A stretch of 64,000 nucleotides of DNA from Azolla caroliniana. Its lineage: Eukaryota > Plantae > Polypodiophyta. The notes below the pieces were generated by a model. That model made no database searches, was not told the DNA's origin, and was given only the letters and a program-made list of their open reading frames with translations. The DNA lies in contig JBHGNT010000015.1 of NCBI GenBank assembly GCA_043228905.1, forward strand, positions 20,026,001 through 20,090,000. Direction: 5' to 3'. This document shows positions 63,889-64,000 of the stretch, in pieces. The translations under genes and the position numbers were made by a program. Position 1 is the stretch's first letter. Each line of letters starts with the position of its first letter.

Positions 63889-64000
63889 TGTCACGATCAT
63901 GTCAAGATTCAAACTCTTAACATGATCGTGTTATAATCGAGTGTTATGTGTTAACCAACATATCTGTAAACGTAAGTGTTTGCGGAAGCGTAAAACAGAG
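63889..64000 (+). mobile_element. Start of the 3' LTR of the plus-strand chromovirus
   Basis: TGTCACG immediately after the polypurine tract. Confidence 0.8.

Overview
Eukaryotic, intron-containing, repeat-rich plant nuclear DNA; the PLS-class PPR genes, fungal-like chromovirus and L1 families suggest a non-seed plant, probably a fern (inference). Host genes: the 5' part of an NDR/STK38-type AGC kinase (runs off the left edge), two intronless PLS-E PPR genes, a two-exon orphan multi-pass membrane protein, HSBP (5 exons, one U12 AT-AC intron), a CZIB/DUF866 gene and a DUF1677 gene. The rest is nested L1 and RTE-like LINEs, copia and Ty3/gypsy remnants and local tandem duplications. Highlights: (1) a PPR retrocopy ending in a LINE 3' tail, with a 15-bp TSD and the empty site present elsewhere in the window; (2) a Ty3/gypsy element with a self-priming PBS, a tRNA-like Pol III cassette in its LTR and a clear -1 frameshift signal; (3) the orphan membrane gene; (4) an inverted-triplication hairpin; (5) an 88-bp TG...CA mini-element with a 5-bp TSD. 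All calls were made by eye, without database searches.
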